Source: Adineta vaga (Eukaryota > Animalia > Rotifera). Taken from it: a DNA stretch of 64,000 nt. Under the pieces are notes generated by a model. The model had not been told where the DNA came from, made no database searches, and worked only from the letters and a program-made list of their open reading frames with translations. The translations under genes and the position numbers were made by a program. The stretch is taken from the NCBI GenBank assembly GCA_021613535.1, contig CP075497.1, forward strand, positions 3,658,001 through 3,722,000. The letters run 5' to 3'. Position 1 is the first letter of the stretch; each line of letters opens with the position of its first letter. Below are positions 37,574-49,670 of this stretch, in pieces.

Positions 37574-38698
37574 ATGATGACATATGAATATATAAATACT
37601 TCACGTTTAATTCAAACAACTGTTAAACAAGCTCATCTTGAAGAAATTAGTCATTATATATATGCGATCGTTTATCCCGTCGTGTTTTTACTTGGAATTA
37701 TTGGTAATGTACTTTCATCATTACTTTTTTCCATAACAAAACTTAAGCGAACTTCTTGTGGAGTTTATTTTCTTCTTCTTGCAATTGCTGATTCAATTGC
37801 ATTGATTGGTGGTCTTCATCATTGTCTTACAATTGGTTTTAATATAAAAGTAGCTAATGCTTCCTATTGTCGGGCTCGAAATTTTCTTCTCTATACAGCT
37901 ATGGATATGGCATCATGGATGGTCGTTGCCATATCAGTTGATCGATTTTTAAAAATGAAATATCCGATTAAAGCACGAAAATATGCTACACAAAAATTAG
38001 CAATTATTATATCATGTATTATAACAATGATTTTTATTTTGAAAAATTTTCATTTAGCAACAGTTTTTATTGGAGATTTTAGTGATGATGCTGCTGATCA
38101 TTGTGATCCAAATCCAGATTATCCAAAATATATGATTTTCTTTAAAAATATATGGCCATGGATTGATGTTGCAACATTTGCATTATTTCCTTTCGTAATT
38201 GTTGCTGTATGTAATGCATTTATCATTCATGATCAATATAAACGACGTTTAAAACTTCGTAAACGTAATCTTGATCATTCATTAATCACATTACTATTAG
38301 TTAGTTCGATATCATTAATTATTTGTAATCTTCCCATAACAATTTTAGCAGCTGTTTATCCATATGTATCTTTATCTTATGATACAAATGATACTTATGA
38401 TGAAGTTGCATTTGCTTTTGATATTTTACGTTTACCATCATATGGTTCATTAGCATTGAATTTTTATTTATATTATTATAATTCGATTGTTTTTCGACAA
38501 CAAGCAGTATTTTTATTCAAACGCATGTTTTGTATTTCAATCGAAAGAAATGATGATATTGAAATGACGAATCGAACACCTACAGATTATAATCGATATG
38601 ACTCTCGATTATATTCAATCGAAGAATCTGATGAGTATCAACAAACGTCAATACCAACATTAAATGATAGTAATTTTATTTCGAATTATTATCACTAA
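37574..38698 (+). CDS. Class A (rhodopsin-like) GPCR, peptide-receptor-like, intronless
   Basis: Seven hydrophobic segments with GIIGN, LAIAD, SVDRF, P in TM5 (ALFPF), CNLP and NFYLY. Confidence 0.9.
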   Translation: MMTYEYINTSRLIQTTVKQAHLEEISHYIYAIVYPVVFLLGIIGNVLSSLLFSITKLKRTSCGVYFLLLAIADSIALIGGLHHCLTIGFNIKVANASYCRARNFLLYTAMDMASWMVVAISVDRFLKMKYPIKARKYATQKLAIIISCIITMIFILKNFHLATVFIGDFSDDAADHCDPNPDYPKYMIFFKNIWPWIDVATFALFPFVIVAVCNAFIIHDQYKRRLKLRKRNLDHSLITLLLVSSISLIICNLPITILAAVYPYVSLSYDTNDTYDEVAFAFDILRLPSYGSLALNFYLYYYNSIVFRQQAVFLFKRMFCISIERNDDIEMTNRTPTDYNRYDSRLYSIEESDEYQQTSIPTLNDSNFISNYYH

Positions 38699-39175
38699 GA
38701 TTAATAAATTGATAATATTTTTTTTGCAAAATGTATAGTTAAGTTTGCGAGATTGTAATAAATTATCAAAGTAAAAATAGAAATCATGTGACAGAAAAAC
38801 GTAGGTTTATGAAAGTATCCAAAATATCATCAGACTATGAGAATACATTAAAATAAGTCGGTACACAAAGCTTATAGTGTTGTAGAAAAGAATCATTGAA
38901 TACGTTTGCTTCAAGTTTATTCTAACACAGATCATTATGTTCTCGTCAAATCTTATTTGTTAATTCCAATGAAAGTGATTTAAATCATTTCACTATATTT
39001 CCATAAATGTATGTGTACGGTAATCGATCAAAATCTTATCACACACAAATGTATACTCTATTCTTAATCTATAATCGTGACACTCTTTTCCACCATTTGT
39101 TTCTATTCACATACATTTTACCTTTCTTTTAGTAAAAGATTGATTATCAATTATTCTATTTTTAAGAAACTAGAA

Positions 39176-40230
39176 ATGAATATAACATACATTGATAATC
39201 AACAGCCACTTACTACACTTGCTTTATCTGTTCATAATGAATTTGAAGACATAATTCAATATCTCTATATGATTATCTATCCTATTATTTTTACTATTGG
39301 TCTAATTGGTAATTTACTTTCATCATTACTTTTCTCAATTACTGAATTGAATCAAACATCTTGTGGAATCTATTTTCTTCTTCTTTCTATTGCTGATTCA
39401 CTTGCATTAATCGGTGGTCTTCATCATTGTTTCACAATTGGTTATCATGTAATCGTACAACATGTTTGGTATTGTCGTGCACGAAATTTCATTTCCTATA
39501 CATCAATGGATATAGCTTCATGGATGATCGTTGCCATATCAGTTGATCGTTTTATGAAAGTTAAATTTCCTGTTAAATCACGTATTTATTGTACACAGAA
39601 ATTGTCTCTGATTGTTTCGTGTGTATTAACTTTTTTTCTTATCTTGAAAAATATTCATCTTTCAACAAAATTTATTGGAAATTTTTCTGCTGATGCTGTT
39701 GAACGTTGCGGTCCGAATCCTAAATATCCAACTTATATGTCATTTTTTCGAAATATATGGCCATGGATTGATTTAACAGTATTTGCACTTTTACCTTTTG
39801 TTATCGTTACTTCGTGCAATATTTTTATTATTTATAATCGATATAAAAGTGGTTTGAAATTTGGACGTCGTAATCTTGATCGTTCATTGATAAAATTTCT
39901 TCTTATCAGTTCATTTTCATTGATTATTTGTAATTTTCCTGTATCAATTACTATTGTTCTTTATCCATATCTTTCAAGTAATTATGGAAAAAATGAATCT
40001 TATGATGAAGTTGCATTTGCATTCGATATTTTACGTTTACCATCATATGCATCATTAGCATTGAACTTTTATTTATATTATTATTCATCGAGTTTATTTC
40101 GCAACATGCAATTCTTTTATTTAAACGTATATTTCATATTAAATCAAAACAAAATCAAGAACAAATGCCGGCAATTCGAAGACTTTGTCAAGGACAATTG
40201 AATTCTGTTGAAGATTCGGATGAAAAATAA
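39176..40230 (+). CDS. Class A GPCR, tandem paralog of the upstream gene, with an apparent 1-nt frameshift near 40100
   Basis: Shares long blocks with the upstream paralog (ALIGGLHHC, NIWPWID, YDEVAFAFDILRLPSY). The homologous tail (QHAILLFKRIF...LNSVEDSDEK*) continues in another frame to TAA at 40228-40230, whereas the in-frame ORF ends at 40201. Confidence 0.85.
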
Positions 40231-40581
40231 CTTTTTCTTTACAATAAATTTTCATCAAATGAGAAAACAAGTCGTATAATTTTAGTATTGTCTACTAGGT
40301 ACACTAAAAGAAAGAATATGTTTCTATATTTTTGTATATATATATTTCAATTCGACAGAATACGACCTCTATCGAACGTTTGTTATTATTTGTCAACAAT
40401 AAAAAACGAAAATAAATGATGAAGAGAGAGTTGAGACAACATTTTTTCTTCTTCTCATTTATCAACAGACCTTCTATTCTATTCTTTTTCTATTTCGAAA
40501 GGTAGTTGTTGGTCTATATTCTCAGTTATTTCTTGTTTCGCTTGAGTAAACATACGTCTGTTTTTCTTCTCCTTTTTAGAC

Positions 40582-41766
40582 ATGAATTTTGTTCTGGCAA
40601 TTGCTCTTATTTCATCAGTAATCTGTATGTTTAATTTTGATTAATTTCATTATTTACGAAGTTTAGTTTTCATTTAGATTCAATTCATGCCGGTGAATGT
40701 CAAGTACATCATCTACCGGATTATTTATCATTAACATCGAATAAAAATGATGAATTAACAGTATCTGATTTTACGAATAATTTAGCAACACTTTTAGGTT
40801 TATCAACAGATCAGGTAAAATATATTTATGAAAGGACTTTTCTTTGTGATGAACATTTAAATAGTCTTCAAAATCATTCTTTTACTCAACAAATCCATTG
40901 GAAATTCCAAAGTCAACATGGTTGTTCCACATTGAAGGATTAGATCGATTATCTGATAATGGCGTTGCATTAATTGATGTAATTAAGAATTTTTTATAAT
41001 TTCGTTTTCAAATGAAATCTTTTAGGATAATGGATTTGATATCGATTCAATTTATTCAAAATTGCGAAATGTTGCGAATGGTGAAAGTTTAAATATGGGA
41101 TCTATTGTTATTGTAAGTATTAATTTATGTACATAGATCGAATTTCTATATTGAAATTATCTTTGAAGACATCATCTGCGGATATGAACAATTTTGAAGA
41201 TACACTCAAAAAACAAATTGCACAAATGGATAAAAATGTAAAAGAATTCGATAATAAGTCAATGTAAACTTTGTTTCTCTTTTCAACAGACTGCACTTAA
41301 ATATCTCGTCATTGTTTGTGATGATTGTCAGAAAGATAAATTACAAGAATATTTAAAAACTGCTGTCGATCAAGTAATATTTTTCTTTTGCGGAATGAAA
41401 TCAAGATTTATTGAAATATTGATTATCGTAGATTACTGTCAATGAACCACAAGCATTAACAATAACATTAGTAACCAAAGAAACTGCACGTGTTCGTCGC
41501 GCACGACAAGTTGAAGGAATTGTAAGTCATTATTATCTTTGTTGCTACATCATCATCATACAATGAAAACTTATCTTTAGAGTCGAAATGTTACAATTGC
41601 AACAATGTATTCAGATGAATATCCAACAATGTTTAATTTATTCTTTTGGACATCATTAGTCTTTGCATTAATTCTTATTAGTATTGTCTACGTATTTTTA
41701 ACATTAGATCCAGGATCGGATACAATCATTTATCGTATGACAACACCACGAGCAAAAGTTGATTAA
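40582..41766 (+). CDS. ATP6AP2: (Pro)renin receptor / V-ATPase accessory protein 2, multi-exon
   Basis: Signal peptide MNFVLAIALISSVI, furin-like RVRR, and C-terminal YSDEYPTMFNLFFWTSLVFALILISIVYVFLTLDPGSDTIIYRMTTPRAKVD* matching the ATP6AP2 DPGxDxIIYRMT motif. Confidence 0.9.
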
Positions 41767-42368
41767 ACATATCTTCATTTCATGGCATTTTAATTCTCTT
41801 CGTTCTTTATTTATCTACCTAACTCTATAAATTTCGATGTGCACTTTAAACTATTTTTCTTTTCATTTAATTTGTCTCTACATATATATTTTTTTGTGTT
41901 CGTTCGTTTGTCTGGATGTTGTTCGGTCGGTTTTTTTTCTTCGTGATATTTGTTTGTTTGATTAGAGAACCATTGGGTCATTCCATACTTATTTACTTGA
42001 CTTATACGAACTAAAATCCTTTTATTTACATAAAAGAGAAAAACAAAACAATCATAAAATAGCTTTTGGTAGAATTGATTGACCAAAAGATTGATCGAAA
42101 GATTGAATATATTCAGCAAATGAAATACGTAGATCGAGCAAAGCTAAATAGAATGAAAGAACAAATAGGATAATAGTTAACATAGTAAAACTATCTCTAT
42201 CTTTTAATGAATACTCGTGCTACGAATAATCTATTGATATTCTCTTTATAATTGTACTACTTGATGTGCCACGAATCTTTCTCTACTATTTTATATTTTG
42301 CTTCAGGCTCAATTACCTTTTAACTACTAGGTACGATACTCAATATAACAGTTAGATCTAATTTCTCA

Positions 42369-45300
42369 TCAATGCAAGATGGTTAGGTAAAGATTCAGAT
42401 ACCACTCCACACCCACCAGTATTTCATAGTCATGGCTCGAGATGGCTAAATTTATCAATCTGAAAGCTTTTTTTCAAACTTACTTGGTCGATGCATAATC
42501 AACATTTGAAACAAATACAAGATACGTTCGTTATGTTCTGATGATATACGATGTAATGCTTTAGCAACAAGAATTGTCATCTTCTATAGGATAAATGACA
42601 ATTTATATTATACAGAAAAGATCAATTTGAACGAACGTCATCGATTGTTGAAAAATTTGACTGACAAATGCCTTCAATCATTTGTAATACGCCAGATTGA
42701 TTACCAGTTTGAAGACGTGCGATCAATGCCATGATCCATGTCCATGTTAACCATGGGTATTTATGAGCGGCATTCATACTATAACTATATACTTCGCGAA
42801 TTTTATTCTAAAATCACATGAGAAATAAAAATCAATCATTGATTATCGATAATTTACAGTGAGAAACATTGATAAACATGTTAATAAATGAATATTCATT
42901 GTATAATTTGCATCAGTTAGTTTGGGCATTTCTTTTAAAGCTGCTGATGATATTCGAGCATCTGATATCATCATTCCCATTGCACAAAGTGATGTTATCG
43001 CACTTGAGCAAACAGGTTTTGTTTTATAACTAAATAGATGTACTAATAAGAAACATAAATTTGATTATTAGAGAAAAGCACCTTTTAAACAGATGTTGAA
43101 CTGCAGCTTGTGGATCAATTTCACGTTGATAAAGTCCAAGAAAGGTTAATAAAATGGATCGATCTGTATCTGTGGTTGATGGATCTTCACTAATTCGTTT
43201 CAAAACTAGAAATTTCAATATATTTTCTTGAATCATCTCTAAATTCTTCAAACATACTTTCAATCGCATCTGTTTTTTTCTTCATTTTTCCATAAGCAAT
43301 TGATACCCATAGGATATCAAGCAATGTAATCTTTACACCTTGTAAGACAAATGCATCGATTTGAACATCACCAGCTCGACTGAAATGTAAAACAATATTT
43401 CATCATTATAATCTCTATTTTCATACCATTTGGCACGTGCATAATCATTTCGAATCATTTTCGATATTTCATCTTGTTGATTCATATTAATAAATGAACT
43501 AAAATGAAAATAATTATCAAATATTTAAATGAACTTCAACAAACTTACCGTTGATAAGCATGAGCAGCTTGAACAAAACGTCGATTAAATTCATGTAGAA
43601 TACCCAAACATTGTAAAGCATTTGCATCTTTTGGATTGCGTTCTAGAAAAATATTTTTGAAATGAATAAGTTTCAAGACTCAAAGATTACATACGAATAT
43701 ATTTTGTCAAGGCATCTGCTGCTCGTTGATTTCCATGTAAATAATCAATCGAATAACGATATATATCAATTGATTTATTCGAAGGTTTCGTAAGAAGATG
43801 AGCGATAACTTTGCCGTAACCATATAAGCCTTGAGACTAAAAAGAAAAACAAGATGGTTTTTTTTGCGATTGAAGTTAATCTATTCGTGAAGTTTTACAT
43901 GATTGGAAAGATCAACACAATGACGATAGAGATCAATACATTCATTGTAATCAATTTTTTCTGCGATAAGTGCCTGAAAGATGTTATTTTAATTGAAATA
44001 AATTTCGATATAAAATGATTCACTTGTCCTGTCCAAGCTAATGAATACATTGGATCTGTTTGTTGAGCATTAGAAAATGCTTTATTTGCTAATTCAATAT
44101 TTTCATGTTGATAATAGAGAAAACCAAGATTTGTATATGCAATAGCGGATCGTTGTAGTTGAATAGATTTGAAAAAACAATGTTGAGCAAAACCAGATTC
44201 CTTAATAACTAAAATATCAATTATTAAACTCAATAGTGATAGACAATAAAATTTCGAAATCAATGTCAACTGTATACTATAGATGATTCTATTACGATCT
44301 TCTATTTTCATTCTACCTGGATGTGCTGCAATAACTCCAAGTGAATTCCAAAGAAGATAATCATTTGGTTTTAATGAAAGTGCTACTTTCATATATTCGA
44401 ATGCTAATGTAAATAACTGTTGATCATTTGAACGATATCGAGCCTGAATATAAATGCATTGTGCAAGTGAAGACCAATACACGGGTGAACGTGATTTTAA
44501 TCGAATAGCTTGCATAAAACATCTATTTAAAAACACGAAATGAAATAAATGATCTTAGAAAATTGTTTTCTCTTTTTTACTTTTGTGCACGTTGAAGAAG
44601 ATCAATTTTATTTAAATGAATATAACCATTGACATCTTTTATTTTATTTCCATCTAATTTCTCTGATAATAATGGTAATTTTATATCAATTAAATCATCA
44701 TTAATTGAATGAAGAAGCATACATGCATCTCCATATTTTTTCCATAAACATCCATAAGTTGATTGTAAACATAGAGCATCATGAATAGCCTATGAAAAAG
44801 TTATAAACAGATAAGGATTAACTAAATTTCAATAGTTACAATGAGTGATTGTTGAACTTGTGTAACCGCAAGTTGATCGTTATATCGTCCGATTAATTGA
44901 ACTGCAAGATAATAATGAGCTTCACCTTTACCTGAAAGACAGAATATTATCAGTCGTTGAAAATATTGATTGAAGAATTCGCAAACCTTTTCTTGCTAAG
45001 ATATATTTTGGTGATTGATCAATAACTTTATCAAATAAAGTAATCGCTTCATTATAACGGCCAAGTAATGTCATAGTAAATCCTTGTCGAGTCAATGAAT
45101 AAAGTGTTTCAGATTCTAATGATCTCGCTTTATTATAACAGTTAAATGCTGTCTTCAAATTATTTGTATGGAAATGTGCATCACCTAATGCTGACCAACT
45201 CGCTCTAAATTATCAATGAATGATATAAACATATAAAAAAATCTATTAATTGCTTTACCCAGATGCACCTGGACGTCGAGAAACAATCTGTAATGATTTA

Positions 45301-47841
45301 ATAGCATTCTGTACATTATTCAATCGAAGAGATACTAGTCCAAGACGAAATTGTGCCCATGTTTTAGTATTATCAATAGATAAGATACGTTCCAAAACAT
45401 CCAATGCATCCGCCTAGCAATCGGAGATAAAAATCCGAAAATATCGAACATAAAAATTGATTTTGCTATTCTACTTACAATTTGTTCAGCTTGAAGGAGA
45501 TTATCAATATAATTGATTTGTACACTTTCAATATTTTCATTCAATTCAAACGCACGTTTGGAATATGCTAAAGCTTCTAGTAAAGATTGTTCAATTTCAT
45601 TATAGTATCGACTTAGACATGCATAACTTTCCCAAAGATATTCATCGAGTTCAATTGCCTAGAAAAACGAATTTCTCATAAATTTTCACAGAAAATAATT
45701 CGTCGATATTTACTTTTTCTAATGCATATTTACATTGATCTTTATCAAACATGTCATTAGAACGTTGAATGGCTAAATAAGCACGACCCACCGTTAACCA
45801 ACCTTGAACTGTTAATTCAAATAATTCTTCATTATTATTAGCTTCCTGCAATGCAGCTTGTATTCTAAAAGATTTCAAATTGAAAGAAATTATTTCAAAA
45901 AAAATCTTATTTTAAAGATGAAATACATTTTAAGAAGATCAATAGGATGATCTTCGATAAGAATTAATTGAAGACGACAAGATAATTCGTCTTTGGAATC
46001 TAATCGATCTTTCATTGTTTCATAACATGTTCTTGCTTCGAGTGGCTTATTGGAATTCAAATAAGCATTAAATTGACCATTTAGAGCTCGATCATGATAT
46101 TTATTTGGTGTATTTTGAATCTATTTAAAATCAAATTTTATGAACAAAATAAACGTGATCTGTTATTCATTTCTAGAAATAATACTTTATCAAATAATTG
46201 AATTGATTTTTCATATCGACCAAGATCATAAGTTATCATAGCTAAACATAGATCTACTAAAGATTCAACTGTTGATACTACATCTTTTACAATAAAATTT
46301 GTCAATTTTGTTCGTACTAAATGATTACATAAAGATAATTTTATTCGTACTACAAATGAACTTACCAATAGTTGTTATATCTGTTGTTTCTTTTATCAAA
46401 TGTAGATTAGCATAGCAAACCATTCTAAGTGTTAATACCAGATGCGAAGAATCTATTTGAAAATAAAAATTCTAATAATGATCCATCAGATTGTAACATA
46501 CCATCTTGTTCATCAGTATTCAAAAGAGATTCCAATGCTACTGAATATTTTCCATTTCGAATCGAAAAATATGCTTTACCACAAATTGATGGTATAGAAA
46601 CTCGATCATTTTCTCCTGATCGTACACGACTCATTGCATCTGTTAGTTTCCCGACCGATGCCAATGGATCATCTATTACAAAGATCAAATATAAAGAAAA
46701 ACATGAACGAAATTTCAGATTGATTCTTACATATTTGTGGTAGTAATGTTTCCAATACAATAATGATCAATGTATTCTGCGCAATGGTAGAATCAGGAAA
46801 TAGAGTAAGACATTCATTACAATAATCCGCAATGTCTGAACTTGAACGACCCATCTATCAAAAAGATTCGAAATACAATAAATTTCAACGATGTAACAAT
46901 TTTCATTTACTTGACAAATAGAACGAATATATTTTTCATAATACTTTAAACGTTCAGTATTATCTGCACTACTTTGTGAAAGCCAAAAATAAGTACTACT
47001 TACCTAAAATATATTTAAAAAGAAAAGAATATAAACTATTCTTTCTCGTTCTAAAAACTAACAAATTCATTTAAATTCGTTGCAATGGTTTTCACAGGTG
47101 AAAGTGTATCAATTAGTAATAATCGATAGATTCGTTCATCGTCTTGACTTATTTGTAAACGTTTGTCTTCGATAATATCTTTACAAAGTTGAGCTAATTG
47201 AATTCGATAAGGATTATTTTGTTCATTGGTCGTTATCGATGGAATGTCAATTTGTTTCTTCAAATATTCAATATATTTTTTTGCGTGATCAAAGAATTTG
47301 TTCGAATCACTGACAATCGAAAAGAAGAAAGTAAGCAAAGATATAGTAGTGTTTATAAACATACGTCGAATGAGTTAATGAGCATAATTTTCGATATGCA
47401 CTAGCAATATCACTTTCGCTAAGAAAACCTGGTGAACGTTCACCTAATTGTATAATACCCTATTAGATTAGATATATGAATTGAGTTTTAGAAGTTCAAA
47501 TTAGATGATACTTGATAGGCAAGTGATTGATTTTCATCAACTTCAATTGCTTTATTCAATGCATATTGAGCTTGATTAAATTGTTTTAATTCTTGTGCAG
47601 AAGCAGCGATCATTACCCATGCTATATAGCACGTTTTGTCCTTTTTAACAATAGCCTAGATTATCAAAATATGCAAATAGATTCACAATTACGTGCTTTT
47701 TTGTCAAAGACGGTATCTTACTTCACATAGTTTTAGCGCTCCACTATGATCTTTTTGATTAATCAAATCTCGTGCCTGTTTCAATTGTCCTTTTATTTCT
47801 TTTGCTAAAGCAGTTGCATCTCCGCTCGCTGCTGCTGCCAT
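42369..47841 (-). CDS. TTC37: SKI3 / tetratricopeptide repeat protein 37 (Ski complex subunit), many exons
   Basis: N-terminus KEIKGQLKQARDLINQKD...YIAWVMIAA...AYQG and TPR arrays; WAQFRLG, LWNSLGV, AQHCFFKSIQL, AYTNLGFLY, ANKAFSNAQQTDPMYSLAWTGQA and DLYRH. The exact 3' end is uncertain. Confidence 0.85.
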
Positions 47842-47944
47842 TTAAACTGATAGAAAAAAAATAATCTATAAAAAAAATAAATAATTCTATATTTATTGTG
47901 TTAACAAATCTATTATATAAGAGACACAAAAAAAGCAAAAACTG

Positions 47945-49192
47945 TTATCGGACTTGATTATCTCGATGTCTAATTTTATATTGCGAAGAATTATTCATAT
48001 GAATTTTTAAACATTGAACAAACCATTGTCGTTCAAGCCAAAATTTGGATTGAAATGTTTGTAATTCTAGATTAAAATTATCTGAATCAAGAGCTATGTC
48101 TAGATCAAGTGTATGAAGGTTCGGTATTTGAATAAGTAAATCTGCCCATTGTTCACCGTTTGCGTATGCTTTCGACACGGTTCGAACACATAAATGACGT
48201 ACTTGTGGAAAACGTTGAATTAAATCAAACGCTGCTTTACATGGTCCAACAAGAACATCGATTTTAAAGTAAATAAAATTTGAAATAAGACGAGAAAGAC
48301 CATCGTATTTAATTGGTATTAATGCTTGAGGATAAAAGTATAGGACACAATGAATATTCAATTGGATAAAATCAAATGAGAATTTATTGAGCAAATATTT
48401 TTGAAGAAGATTGAGGATATTAAATGGAGGATTTGTATCGATAGAGAGATATTTGAGATCAGCACTCTTCTTATTTATTGCATAAGGTCGATGATTGGCA
48501 AGAGTCAATTTACAAACAGTTTGATTTTGTGAATTGCAATCATTATCCTCAAAAAGACGAAGTGAACGGAGTGATGAAAGATTGGGTATCATGAAAAACA
48601 ATGATTCTAGTTGTTCATTCGTTGGTGATATAAGTGAAAGACAACGAAGTTGAGAAAATTCAGTAAAATTATATAATTGAGTAAACAAATCAATGACAAT
48701 TTTCGAACTAAATGATGCAGGAAAGCAATGATCAACAGTTGAAGATCTTCCTAAATCTAATGCCATGATTTGTGGAGTCAATTTAGGCACAATACGTTTT
48801 AATGTACGTATATATTTCATTTTATTTGATGTATCAAATTTTAATTTCATTGGAATATCTTTAATAACTTGATTTAAACGATAATTTAGTTCCGAAAATG
48901 AATGGATGATATCCCATGGACATAAGTAATCAAATATGTCACGATATATTTCATTTGGTAAATTCTCAAAACAAGTTCGATCCATTGTTTGATCTAATCA
49001 TTCGATAGATAGAAATATATATTTCTTATTTCGATGAATAATCATACTTCGATATTCTTTTTCGTATGCAACTTTAAATCGTTTAACAAGTTCAAATTTC
49101 TTTCCACTTGAGTTCAATTGACGTTTTCTTAATTGACTTTGTATTTGACGATAAGATAATTGTTCAATGAAATTTATTTGAGAAGAAAACAT
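47945..49192 (-). CDS. SAP-domain + F-box-like/LRR-like protein, 2 exons (intron 49047-48994)
   Basis: Exon 1 LSYRQIQSQLRKRQLNSSGKKFELVKRF is a SAP motif. A 54-nt GTATGA...TTAG intron joins it in frame (EYR-N-QT-MDRTC) to FENLPNEIYRDIFDYL...FSELNYRLN (F-box-like) and a C-terminal FQSKFWLERQWFV. Confidence 0.75.
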
Positions 49193-49670
49193 AGCTACAA
49201 AAGAAAATATACAATCACCAATAGATTCAGTTTTATGATTAATTCATTTTCAATCTTTTCTTTTCCTTGAGAAATCCAAATGAGAGTTTATCTTTTTGCA
49301 AACAAAACAAAATTTGCATCTTTAGAACATGTATTCAGAAAAAAAACAAATCTGTGTTAAGTCAACAATAAACATAAAATGTAGTTGTTTATGAAATATA
49401 TATCATTTAGCATAAATAAAAAGCAACTAATAAACAGTTAGTCGGTTGTTTTTTTTGTTAAATAAGATGGAAAAATCAAAAAAAAAATGCACTCACACCC
49501 ATGGACACTCTACTACAAGTATAAATAACAGAGCAACAGATGGAATGAAAGAAAGAGAAGAAAAATATGAGTAGAATGATAACAAAGCGAGACTAAAGAA
49601 GTAAAAATGGTCAACAAATTATTCATCGCGAAATGAATGTCAAATTCTAGAAAGAAAGTTTCTTATTTAT

